Position numbers and translations under genes: made by a program
Source of the DNA: an uncultured virus (IMG/VR IMGVR_UViG_3300015371_000022)
Taxonomy: Duplodnaviria; Heunggongvirae; Uroviricota; Caudoviricetes
IMG/VR virus record: IMGVR_UViG_3300015371_000022
Reading direction: 5' to 3' (one strand)
Length of the DNA stretch: 20,000 bases
Notes under the pieces: generated by a model
The model's input: only the letters and a program-made list of their open reading frames with translations
Database searches by the model: none
What the model was told of the DNA's origin: nothing
In this document: piece after piece, positions 1 to 8,296 of the stretch
Layout of the letters: every line of letters begins with the position of its first letter
Numbering within the stretch: the first letter of the stretch is position 1

Positions 1-75
1 CCAAGGTTAAACCGACGGAGTTAGTCGGTGCTGTACTGAGCGAAGTACAAGTCCATAATTTATGGTCGAGCACTC

Positions 76-495
76 GTGGCAAGTAACGCACGCGATTCAG
101 ATCCGACTACCAGTCATGCTACCAATCCGACGATCGAGTCGGATCTGAAAGCCGATCGCGCCAAAGTCAGGTTCTTCCATTACGGCTATATCCGCCGCGG
201 GCTGACCGACTGGGAGCTCGACGACTTGTGCGGCGGGCACATGAACGGCCGCTGGCGCAAGCGACGTTGCGACCTCACCATCGGATCGAAAGCCCCAGGT
301 GAGAAGATCCTGATCATGGCGCAGGATTGCCCAGGTTGGACCGGCGAGCACGAGCGTCGCAACCCGCGCACCAACAAATGGCAGAAGGTCTGGGTGGTCA
401 GGCCACACCAGGAAGCGCCAGCAACAACCGGAACCGTCACAGAACAAGTTGCGTCTTACTTCTTCGGTGGGGCCGATGCTGGAGAAGACAATTAA
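76..495 (+). CDS. Phage hypothetical protein, probable winged-HTH DNA-binding protein (AR.SDP.TSHA-type N-terminus)
   Basis: 139-aa ORF from GTG. N-terminal ARDSDPTTSHA followed by GLTDWEL...RKRRCDL resembles a common phage wHTH family. Its stop overlaps the next gene. Confidence 0.6.
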   Translation: MASNARDSDPTTSHATNPTIESDLKADRAKVRFFHYGYIRRGLTDWELDDLCGGHMNGRWRKRRCDLTIGSKAPGEKILIMAQDCPGWTGEHERRNPRTNKWQKVWVVRPHQEAPATTGTVTEQVASYFFGGADAGEDN

Positions 496-865
496 GCTGG
501 CGGTGAAGAAGCGCCTCAAGGAGATCGGGGCCTACCAGCACTGGCCGGTCCAAATGGGCATGGGCGAGCCTTGCCTGGATTGCCACGGCTGCTATTACGG
601 CTATTACTTCGCCGTCGAGACCAAGGCTCCAGGCAAACACCCCACCAAGTTGCAATGGGTCACCATCAATAATATTCGTGCTGCTGGCGGCATTGTGTTC
701 GTGATCGACAACGTGGAGGACGCGCGTGCCATCTTCGCCGATTGTACACCCGCCGTCGCAAAGCTTGCTCGTGCCCTACGACCGAATCTCCGCGTTGTGG
801 CCGAACGCCCAGACGGTGAATTACCGCGGCGAAAAGTACGCCATCTTCCCCCATCATCCCTATAG
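476..865 (+). CDS. VRR-NUC domain nuclease (PD-(D/E)XK fold, Holliday-junction resolvase-like)
   Basis: From ATG 476: LEKTIKLAVKKRLKEIG...GEPCLD...FAVETKAPGKHPTKLQ...IRAAGGIVFVID matches the VRR-NUC pattern. Sits directly upstream of a SNF2 helicase, the usual phage pairing. Confidence 0.85.
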   Translation: MLEKTIKLAVKKRLKEIGAYQHWPVQMGMGEPCLDCHGCYYGYYFAVETKAPGKHPTKLQWVTINNIRAAGGIVFVIDNVEDARAIFADCTPAVAKLARALRPNLRVVAERPDGELPRRKVRHLPPSSL

Positions 866-2348
866 CCAGATCCAGCTGCGCGCGGCCGAAGTCGAAGCGC
901 CGGCTCCGATCTTATATTACTTCGACTGGAAGGCGGCCGACGGCGGCAAGCCGTTCGAGGTGCAAAAGCAAACCGCGGCGCTCGCCACCTCCTACCAAAG
1001 AGCCTACATTCTCAACGACATGGGCACCGGCAAGACCCGGGCCGCACTGTGGTCCTGGTACTACCTGCGGCAGGCCCATGTGGCCAAGAAGCTCCTGGTG
1101 GTGGCCCCCCTCAGCACCCTGAAATTCGTCTGGCTGCGGGAAATCTCCCTGATCATGCCGCAGATCAAAGCCGCCGTGCTGCATGGCAGCAAGAAACAGC
1201 GGCTCGAGGCGCTCGCCAGCGATGCCGAGATCTACATCATCAACCACGACGGCCTGAAAACCATCGTGCAGGAACTGCACGCGCGCAGCGATATCGACAC
1301 GCTCATCCTGGATGAATTGGCCGTCTACAGAAACAATTCACAGAGATCTAAAAGAATGCGCGCGTTTGCCCCGCGATTCACATGGGTGTGGGGTATGACC
1401 GGCCGACCAATGCCGCAATCTCCTGTGGATGTCTGGGCGCAGTGCAAGATCCTCACCCCACACACCGTGCCGAAGTTCTACACCTGGGCGAAAACCGCGC
1501 TGATGCAACAGGTTGATCTATACAAATGGATCCCGCGGGCGGGCGCGATCGAGACCGCGTTCTCCTGGATGAAGCCGAGCGTGCGCTACTCGCTCGATGA
1601 CGTGGTGGAATTACCGGAAGCGATCTATCGCACCCTAGATGTGGAGATGAGCAACGAGCAAGCTACTACCTATAGAATGGTTGCAAACGAATACATCGCC
1701 TGGGTGAAAGATAAGCGGATAACTGCCGCCAACGCCGCGGTCGCGCTGGGCAAATTATTGCAGATCGGCTGCGGCTACGTGTACACTGTGTCTCCGGAAT
1801 ACGCGACTCTCGACTCAGGCCCGCGCCAGCAATTGCTGCTCGATCTGCTCGAGGAATCGGCGCACAAGGTTCTGGTCTTCTGTCCGTGGCGGCACTTGAT
1901 CGATAACCTGTCAGCATTGCTGACTAATCCACCCGAGAAGCGCGAGCCAATCGAACATGCTGTGGTTCACGGTCAGACCTCTCTCAAGAAGCGCGGCGAG
2001 ATCTTCTATGCGTTTCAAAACACCAGTCAGTACAAGGCATTGCTGGCGCACCCAGCATGCCTGCATCACGGCGTGACGCTGACGGCGGCAACCACCATCA
2101 TCTGGTATTCGCCCGTTACGTCGCTGGAAATCTACGAGCAAGCCAACGCCCGCATCAGACGGGTGGGACAAAAAGAGAAACAGTTGTTCTTACACATCCA
2201 GTCAACGGCAGTGGAGAAAAAAGTCTATGCCATGCTGCGACAGAAGGCACGCATGCAGGACGCTTTTCTTGAGCTCATAAAAACGTCAACCAGTGGAGTA
2301 GACCATGACACAGACGCAAATGAATGGACGGCCGTTGCGGCGGAGTAA
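726..2348 (+). CDS. SNF2-family (superfamily 2) DNA helicase
   Basis: GGAGGA RBS at 715-720 before GTG 726. Motif I DMGTGKT, Ia LVVAPLST, II ILDELA, III MTGRP, V HGVTLT, VI QANARIRRVGQ. Confidence 0.92.
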   Translation: MPSSPIVHPPSQSLLVPYDRISALWPNAQTVNYRGEKYAIFPHHPYSQIQLRAAEVEAPAPILYYFDWKAADGGKPFEVQKQTAALATSYQRAYILNDMGTGKTRAALWSWYYLRQAHVAKKLLVVAPLSTLKFVWLREISLIMPQIKAAVLHGSKKQRLEALASDAEIYIINHDGLKTIVQELHARSDIDTLILDELAVYRNNSQRSKRMRAFAPRFTWVWGMTGRPMPQSPVDVWAQCKILTPHTVPKFYTWAKTALMQQVDLYKWIPRAGAIETAFSWMKPSVRYSLDDVVELPEAIYRTLDVEMSNEQATTYRMVANEYIAWVKDKRITAANAAVALGKLLQIGCGYVYTVSPEYATLDSGPRQQLLLDLLEESAHKVLVFCPWRHLIDNLSALLTNPPEKREPIEHAVVHGQTSLKKRGEIFYAFQNTSQYKALLAHPACLHHGVTLTAATTIIWYSPVTSLEIYEQANARIRRVGQKEKQLFLHIQSTAVEKKVYAMLRQKARMQDAFLELIKTSTSGVDHDTDANEWTAVAAE

Positions 2349-2745
2349 ATACCGGCTCGACGAACTGGTCGAAGCCTATATCGATTGCCGCAGAATGATC
2401 GAATCGATCGAAGAGCGCCACAAGCAGGAGCTCGCCAAGCCGCGCAAACTGAAAGAAATGCTGACCGAACGCCTACTCGACATGCTGGCAGCCACCGGCC
2501 AGGAGATGGCCCGCACCAAGTTCGGCACGGTGTCGGCAGCCACCCGCGATACCGCCTCCTGCTCGGATCCCAACATCTTTGTCGATTACGTCCGCGAGCA
2601 CGATGCCTACGAGCTCATGGACCGTCGCCCCAACAGCACCGCCTGCCGTGCCTTCCTCGAGGAACATGGGGAATTGCCGCCCGGGGTGAAACTCAATGTC
2701 TTACAATATGTCAACGTGCGCGCAGCACACACGGAGGGTTCCTGA
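2305..2745 (+). CDS. Conserved phage replication-module protein (coiled-coil N-terminus, ends LPPGV)
   Basis: GGAG RBS before ATG 2305. 146 aa, LVEAYI..R..I...E helix then RTKFGTV...ELMDRR...ELPPGV. TGA overlaps the next ATG (TGATG). Confidence 0.75.
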   Translation: MTQTQMNGRPLRRSKYRLDELVEAYIDCRRMIESIEERHKQELAKPRKLKEMLTERLLDMLAATGQEMARTKFGTVSAATRDTASCSDPNIFVDYVREHDAYELMDRRPNSTACRAFLEEHGELPPGVKLNVLQYVNVRAAHTEGS

Positions 2746-3722
2746 TGCCTAGCACCAATGGAAAAATCGAAGTCGCCGAAGCCTTTCGACATCTGCAGGT
2801 CCATCACGACTTCAACGACAACATCCAGGTCGGCTCCTTCCATCGCATCGGCATGAAGGGCAAGGTCTGGAAGCTCATTTCCGGCGGCGAGACCTACACT
2901 TTCATCCGCTCCGACGACGGCACCCCGCTGCCGACCCTCGACGTGGTGATCGTCGGTATCAACAAGGGGATATCTCGGCTGTATTACGCCGGTCAATACA
3001 CCGAAGACTCCAATAACCCACCGACCTGCGCCTCGGTCGCCGGCATCGAGCCGGATCCCGGCGTGCCCATCCCGCAGTCCAAGACCTGCGGCGGCTGCCC
3101 GCACAGCCAGTGGAAGCCCAACCGCGGCGGCAAGGACTGCCAGGAGCACAAGCGAGTAGCGGTGCTACTCCTGCCCTACATGAAGACCAAGCCGATCCTG
3201 CCGGCTCCATTGATCGAGCCGGTGTTCCTCAAGATCCCGCCAGCATCGCTGAAAAAGTGGAAGGCCTATACCGACGACCTGCAGGCGCGCAACGCGCCGT
3301 TCCCGGCGGTGATCACCCGGATCACGTTCGAGCCCGACAAGCAGTTCGAGATGCGCTTCGACATGCTCAAGACACTGAAGAACGACGACGCCAAGCTGGT
3401 GCTGCCGCTGCTCGAGGACGCCAAGACCAGCAACATCCTCGGCAGCATGGCGGAGTACAAGGCGATTGCCGCCCCCAAGATGGACGTGCCGGAGGATACC
3501 GGGCTCGCTGCTGCGTTCGGTCAGGCTGCACCCAGGGAGGAGACCTCGGTGACCTCGGTGGTGCCGGCCAAGCGCGGTCCAAAGCCGAAGCCAAAGAAGG
3601 AAGAGCCGGTCGAAGCCAAATCCGACGAAGGCGAGGAGGCCTCCTGGGAGGAGCCCCAGGATGAGAGTCTCGACAGCATGATGACCGAGGTGCTGAACAA
3701 AGCTGGCAAAGCAATGTCATAG
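2745..3722 (+). CDS. Putative single-stranded DNA-binding protein with Cys (Zn-binding) cluster and acidic C-terminal tail
   Basis: True start is ATG 2745 (GGAGG RBS, TGATG coupling), giving 325 aa. PTCAS...TCGGCPHSQW...GKDCQEH, FLKIPPASLK, and an acidic tail (SDEGEEASWEEPQDESLD). Lies just upstream of the primase. SSB function is inferred. Confidence 0.6.
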   Translation: MPSTNGKIEVAEAFRHLQVHHDFNDNIQVGSFHRIGMKGKVWKLISGGETYTFIRSDDGTPLPTLDVVIVGINKGISRLYYAGQYTEDSNNPPTCASVAGIEPDPGVPIPQSKTCGGCPHSQWKPNRGGKDCQEHKRVAVLLLPYMKTKPILPAPLIEPVFLKIPPASLKKWKAYTDDLQARNAPFPAVITRITFEPDKQFEMRFDMLKTLKNDDAKLVLPLLEDAKTSNILGSMAEYKAIAAPKMDVPEDTGLAAAFGQAAPREETSVTSVVPAKRGPKPKPKKEEPVEAKSDEGEEASWEEPQDESLDSMMTEVLNKAGKAMS

Positions 3723-3732
3723 TGCGTAGCGC

Positions 3733-3758
3733 GCCCAGGCATGGCTGGGCACTTGTTT
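3733..3758 (+). terminator. Weak hairpin/terminator between SSB-like gene and primase
   Basis: GCCCAG(3733-3738)-gcatgg-CTGGGC(3745-3750) followed by ACTTGTTT. Confidence 0.35.
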
Positions 3759-3772
3759 GAAATGCGGCCCCC

Positions 3773-6721
3773 ATGGACGTTAAGCGGTTTCTCGCCACCG
3801 TGGTGGCGTGGGAGTCCGGTGGCTATATCACGGTCCACTGGTACCGATCGAGCGAGCATCGGTGGTTCGGGCGCTCGCACCGAACCATCGATGACGTCTT
3901 CGTCACCGTCGATGATCTCAAGACCAAACCGTATGACGTCTACTTCTGCCTCTCCACACAAACGGAGAACCGTGGGAGTCGTTCCCGCAAGAACGCCAAA
4001 GCGTTGCGGGCAGCGTGGATGGACTTCGACGTCGGGGCCGACGACCCCAAGAAGTACCCCTCGGTCCAAGCCGCGTTCAAGGCGCTGATTGAGTTCTGCC
4101 AGCTGCTGGAGATTCCGTTCCCCTCGTTCGTGGTGCGCTCCGGCGGCGGTCTGCATGCCTACTGGTGCTCCGATCGCGACCTGACAGTCGCGGAATGGCA
4201 GCCCTATGCCGACCTGCTCAAGACCGCGGCGCGCGCCTGCAACCTGAAGATTGACTTCGCGGTCACCGGGGATGCTGCCCGCATCCTGCGCTTCCCAGGT
4301 ACCTTCAACCACAAATACGGCGAGCCTCGACCGGTGGTGCTGGTCGAGGGCAGCAGCGGTGCCCAGTACAATTTCGAAGAGACGTTCAAAAAAATTTTCA
4401 CTCAATTCAATGTATCGGTTGACCGACTCAAGGACAAAAAACCCATAGAAGTCGCGGATGCCTTCAAGCACCTGCCGGTCGAGCATGGCCTCAACGACAG
4501 CATCGTCATCCGGGAGGCTCCGCTCCTGCCGTTCGAGCCGATCAAGCACGAATGTGCGTGGCTGCGCGACGTGCATGAGACCGGCGGCGAGCACTACGAC
4601 AATAATCTGTGGAATCAATCGGTGCTTTGCGCCACTTTTCTGGTCGACGGTCACGAACTGGCGCACGAGTTCTCCAACCGCTACCCGCGCTACCTGGTGG
4701 CGCAGACCGAGGATCTGTGGGAGCGCAAGAAGCGCGAGCGCGAGAACAATCCACAGCTGGGCTGGCCCGCCTGCAAGACCATCGAGGGCTACGGCTGCAC
4801 GCTCTGCCTCGAGTGCAAACACCGCCAGCGCGGCAAGAGCCCGCTGTTGATCGGCTACGAGTCCATCCTCAACGAGCTCGTCGACAAAGAGATGAAGGAT
4901 CTCGGCGGCGAGCGGCCGCCGGAACTGCGCCTGCCGGAAGGTTTCTGTCGCGACAAGCACGGCCGCATCTGTGCCTTCATCCCGACCATGGCCGGCAAAG
5001 GCGACAAGATCGTCGCCGGCAAGCTCCTCTGGCTGTTCAGCAACCATGTGCGCGAGCCCAAGCTCGAGACCCAGGACAATATCGGCGGTATCAGCTTCAT
5101 GGTGGAGGCGACCCGCAACCAGTGGAACGAGGTCTACCTGAACACCGTCACGGTCGTCGGCGACCAGGGGCTGATCAAGGCACTGACATCGCGCGGCGTG
5201 AACATCAATGCGGACAAAGAGGTCAAAGCCATGATCGAGCGTTTCGCCACTAGCTGGCTGGACAAGCTGAATATCGAGGACGTCCCCGCCGTGCGCGACG
5301 TCAGCATGGGCTGGCGCTACGAGCATGGTGAGATCATCGGCTTTGTCTACGGCGACAAGCTCTACCACGAGAACGGCACGGTGGTGCCGGTGGTGGGCGG
5401 CACCGACGACGAGTTCCGCTCCTGGTACAAGCCGACCGGCAAGCGCGAGGTCTGGGTGCGCGCCGCGCGGTTGTTGACAGATCGCAAGCGGCCGGAGCTC
5501 GACGTGCTGATCGCTGCCGCCTTTGCCGGCCCGCTCTGCGTGTTCGCCGGCACGCTCTATGGCCCGGTGTTGATCATCTGGGGCGAGCCGGGGACGGCCA
5601 AGAGCACCGCCCAGCAGGTAGCAAGCGCGGTCTATGGCCACCCCAAGCAAACTCGAGAGAGTCTCACCAGCACGGCTAAATCGATCCAGGGCCGGCTGGG
5701 GCGGGTGAAAAACCTGCCGGCGTACTGGGATGACGTGCAGGACGATCGCCACCTCGAGAAACTGTTCGACACCATGTTCGTCGCCAGCGAGGGGGCCGAG
5801 GGCGGCCGGCTCAATACCGACGCCAGCTACAAGGTTCGCCTGCAATGGCAGACCATCCTGGTGGCCTGCGCCAATGCCTCGTTCGTCGAGTACCTGGCGC
5901 GCAAGCAGAAGTCGACCACTGCCGGCATGCGACGCGTGTTCGAGATTGAGTTCAATCGGCAGACGGGGGGCGAGCCGGGGATGATCAACGGACTGCAGGC
6001 CAGCCAGACCTTCGCGGAGTTGGAGCACCATTACGGCGTGATCGGACGGGAATACGCCGCCTTCCTGGGCCAGCGCCATCGTGATGTCGCAGCCCTGGTC
6101 AAGTGGGTGATCGACCGCTTCACCGCCAAGGTTGAAGCGACGATGGATGAATCGTACTGGGTGGGACTCTGTGGGGTGCTGATTGCCGGTGCCAAGCTGT
6201 CACAGCAATTCGGCTGCGAAATATCGTTACAACGATTGGAAGACTTCCTGGTCGCCAAGTTTCTCGAGAACCGCAAGATCCGGGCGACCGAGGGCACCGA
6301 GGGCGGCTCTTACGACAATACCGAGTACGCACTGACCGGGTTCTTGAACGAATATTTCGGCCACGGCAACTACGTCGTCACCCAGCGTGTGTTCGAGAAC
6401 CGTCACACTGCGGTGGGGTTCATCTCCGGCCCCAATGTCGGTCGTCCGATCTATCTACAGATTTGTCGCGACGATCGCACCATCATTATCTCCAAGCGCG
6501 CGTTCCGCAAACACCTGGACGATAACGACATTCGCACCCGGCAGGTGTTTGTCGGCTTGAGCAAGTACTTTAAAGCCAGAGAAGCCAAAGTGACACTGGG
6601 AGCCGGCACGCAGCATGCACAGACCCAGGAATTATGTTTCGTGGTCCCGGTCGAAGACGACAGGAACGCTCTATTCGACATTCTGGCGATAAGGCACCCG
6701 GATCCGCCGAAGTCGGCTTGA
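3773..6721 (+). CDS. Primase-helicase: AEP/RepB-like primase, Cys-rich module, DUF927 domain with P-loop helicase
   Basis: AEP motifs WMDFDV, SGGGLHAYW, DAARILRFPGTFNHK. Cys cluster HECAWL...PACKTI...CTLCLECKH. DUF927-like MGW...FVYG. Walker A GEPGTAKST, Walker B YWDD, EGAEGGRL, GMRRVFEI. 982 aa. Confidence 0.88.
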   Translation: MDVKRFLATVVAWESGGYITVHWYRSSEHRWFGRSHRTIDDVFVTVDDLKTKPYDVYFCLSTQTENRGSRSRKNAKALRAAWMDFDVGADDPKKYPSVQAAFKALIEFCQLLEIPFPSFVVRSGGGLHAYWCSDRDLTVAEWQPYADLLKTAARACNLKIDFAVTGDAARILRFPGTFNHKYGEPRPVVLVEGSSGAQYNFEETFKKIFTQFNVSVDRLKDKKPIEVADAFKHLPVEHGLNDSIVIREAPLLPFEPIKHECAWLRDVHETGGEHYDNNLWNQSVLCATFLVDGHELAHEFSNRYPRYLVAQTEDLWERKKRERENNPQLGWPACKTIEGYGCTLCLECKHRQRGKSPLLIGYESILNELVDKEMKDLGGERPPELRLPEGFCRDKHGRICAFIPTMAGKGDKIVAGKLLWLFSNHVREPKLETQDNIGGISFMVEATRNQWNEVYLNTVTVVGDQGLIKALTSRGVNINADKEVKAMIERFATSWLDKLNIEDVPAVRDVSMGWRYEHGEIIGFVYGDKLYHENGTVVPVVGGTDDEFRSWYKPTGKREVWVRAARLLTDRKRPELDVLIAAAFAGPLCVFAGTLYGPVLIIWGEPGTAKSTAQQVASAVYGHPKQTRESLTSTAKSIQGRLGRVKNLPAYWDDVQDDRHLEKLFDTMFVASEGAEGGRLNTDASYKVRLQWQTILVACANASFVEYLARKQKSTTAGMRRVFEIEFNRQTGGEPGMINGLQASQTFAELEHHYGVIGREYAAFLGQRHRDVAALVKWVIDRFTAKVEATMDESYWVGLCGVLIAGAKLSQQFGCEISLQRLEDFLVAKFLENRKIRATEGTEGGSYDNTEYALTGFLNEYFGHGNYVVTQRVFENRHTAVGFISGPNVGRPIYLQICRDDRTIIISKRAFRKHLDDNDIRTRQVFVGLSKYFKAREAKVTLGAGTQHAQTQELCFVVPVEDDRNALFDILAIRHPDPPKSA

Positions 6722-6814
6722 CATTCTTAATTTAGTCGGGCCTTAATGTCGCCCCGGTCCCCAGGCTGATCCGGGGACCGGGACTTGACACGGTAACTGG
6801 CGCAAGCAGTCACA
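6717..6814 (+). promoter_or_regulatory. Intergenic regulatory region: two CTTGACA -35-like boxes flanking a 10-bp perfect inverted repeat
   Basis: TTGACA at 6718-6723 (CTTAAT at 6742-6747, 18-nt spacer) and at 6785-6790. CCCGGTCCCC(6753-6762)/GGGGACCGGG(6773-6782) stem with a 10-nt loop and no U-tract. Confidence 0.5.
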
Positions 6815-7492
6815 ATGTCCGATCGTCCTTATAACATATTTCTCGCCGGACCCGTCACACAAGGGTCGGCCTCATTGAAATTTCGCCGCGAACGTCGCCC
6901 CAATATCGGCGCTGCCTTGGCGCACAACTTCGCCGATGGCAAGTGGTACACGCTCACGACCATCGCAGAAAAGCTCAAGGTCGAGACCTCGCATGCCGAA
7001 CGCACGCTGCTCGGCATGCAGTGGACCGGAGCCTATGGCTGCCGCGCGGAAAAGCGCCGCGGCAAAGAGGTGCAATGGAGAATCTTCAAACTCGAGAAGA
7101 GCATTCCAGTGACGGAGCTCCTCTCTGAAATTCGCCCACTCGTACAGGCGCTTCGTATAGAGGGCCGGAAAAATATGGTGACTATGTCCCCAGCGACAGT
7201 CGCCGTACTCGCCGGCCGTCTCGAGAAGCTCCTTCAGAAGTGGTCGGATCGCTCGCTGCCGTCCGAATCCCGGCAGCGTGGTCGCCAGAAGGATTCGCTA
7301 AGAGGAGCCTCCCATGTCACAGGGAGATCTACTGCAGACGCCAGCTCTGGACCAACCCAGCTTCCGGCTGGTGAGATCCACGACCGTGCCGCTGACGCCA
7401 GAACTGGCGACACGGTTCGCAACAATGACCCCGAGTCCGACGGAACGCCCGCTGGACGAAAAGAGGGTGAAGTACCTCCGCGCCAAGATTGA
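6815..7492 (+). CDS. Hypothetical protein with probable winged-HTH domain
   Basis: DGKWYTLTTIAEKLKVETSHAERTL looks like an HTH, followed by a helical segment ending LEKLLQKWS. Start is uncertain (no clear SD) and the last ~60 codons overlap the next gene. Confidence 0.55.
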   Translation: MSDRPYNIFLAGPVTQGSASLKFRRERRPNIGAALAHNFADGKWYTLTTIAEKLKVETSHAERTLLGMQWTGAYGCRAEKRRGKEVQWRIFKLEKSIPVTELLSEIRPLVQALRIEGRKNMVTMSPATVAVLAGRLEKLLQKWSDRSLPSESRQRGRQKDSLRGASHVTGRSTADASSGPTQLPAGEIHDRAADARTGDTVRNNDPESDGTPAGRKEGEVPPRQD

Positions 7493-8243
7493 CGCGGGGC
7501 TCGCTGTCTCGTTCCAGTGGGCTTTCGCCAAATACGTCGACAAGCAAGGCCAGGAGTTCATCTACCGGATGAACGCCCAGCATTCATCGACTGTGCTCAA
7601 CGGCATGGACGGACAGATGCCGGAAGGACTGTTCGCACATGTCGACGAGTTCGAGGTGAACTCGCAAGAGGCGCTGGCACTACTGTTCCGTCAGTATGAC
7701 GATCGCAAGAGTGCCAGATCGGTTGGCGATGTCTGCGGTGCCTATATGGGGATCTATCCCCCGCTGAACGATGTTCCACGCGACATCGGCAACATCGGCA
7801 TGAAGGGCATCACCTGGTACAATAACCAGGTCGAGCGTCTCGGTGTACCCACTGGTGACGAAATCTACAGCCGTTTCTCGGATCGCGGTCTGTGGCCATT
7901 CTTCCACTGGCTCGCAGGCATCAACCCAACGGACGAGCTCAAGATCGTTGCCCTCGTGGGGGCGATGTTCGCAACCTTCAGTACTGACAAGGAGGCTGCG
8001 GAGGAGTTCTGGCGGCAAGTCTCGGAGGGTGGCATCGAGTTCGAAAATGACGCTCCGAGTTCGGCGCTCTACAATTGGCTCAAGGGTTCCTACGAGGGCA
8101 CTCTGAATGTCAAAATCAAACCCGAAGGCTTCTTCCAGGGTGCGATCTTTTGTTGGAATGCCTATCGCGCTAATCGTACCGTGAATAACATCCGTTACGA
8201 GCGAGTGCGAACACCAACGGGCTTCCACAAAATCGCCAATTGA
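7314..8243 (+). CDS. Divergent ParB/Srx (DGQHR-like) N-terminal domain protein
   Basis: AGGAG RBS at 7303-7307. LTPELA...ERPLDEKRVKYLR..I..G...YRMNAQHSS follows the ParB-N layout, with NAQHS where DGQHR usually lies. 309 aa. Confidence 0.6.
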   Translation: MSQGDLLQTPALDQPSFRLVRSTTVPLTPELATRFATMTPSPTERPLDEKRVKYLRAKIDAGLAVSFQWAFAKYVDKQGQEFIYRMNAQHSSTVLNGMDGQMPEGLFAHVDEFEVNSQEALALLFRQYDDRKSARSVGDVCGAYMGIYPPLNDVPRDIGNIGMKGITWYNNQVERLGVPTGDEIYSRFSDRGLWPFFHWLAGINPTDELKIVALVGAMFATFSTDKEAAEEFWRQVSEGGIEFENDAPSSALYNWLKGSYEGTLNVKIKPEGFFQGAIFCWNAYRANRTVNNIRYERVRTPTGFHKIAN

Positions 8244-8260
8244 GAACAAGCCGAAGGGTA

Positions 8261-8296
8261 GGAGCCCCTCGCCCTGGCGAGGGGCTCCGCTTTTTT
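8261..8296 (+). terminator. Rho-independent terminator at the convergence of + and - operons
   Basis: 12-bp perfect stem GGAGCCCCTCGC(8261-8272)/GCGAGGGGCTCC(8277-8288), loop CCTG, then GC-TTTTTT. Confidence 0.9.

Noticed and set aside
9..32. ACCGA...GTCGGTGC resemblance to a tracrRNA 3' hairpin
   Set aside because: Short match only. No U-tract, anti-repeat or cas gene in view.
2385..2744. N-terminal extension of the 445-aa ORF
   Set aside because: Overlaps the 2305-2745 gene. The RBS and TGATG coupling support ATG 2745.
3521..6079. 852-aa antisense ORF
   Set aside because: Shadow of the high-GC primase-helicase gene. No recognisable motifs, and typical antisense composition.
6727..6746. 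CtrA box (TTAA-N7-TTAA)
   Set aside because: The two TTAA are 12 nt apart, not 7.
6753..6782. Hairpin as a classical intrinsic terminator
   Set aside because: No U-tract on either strand. Kept only as a regulatory inverted repeat.
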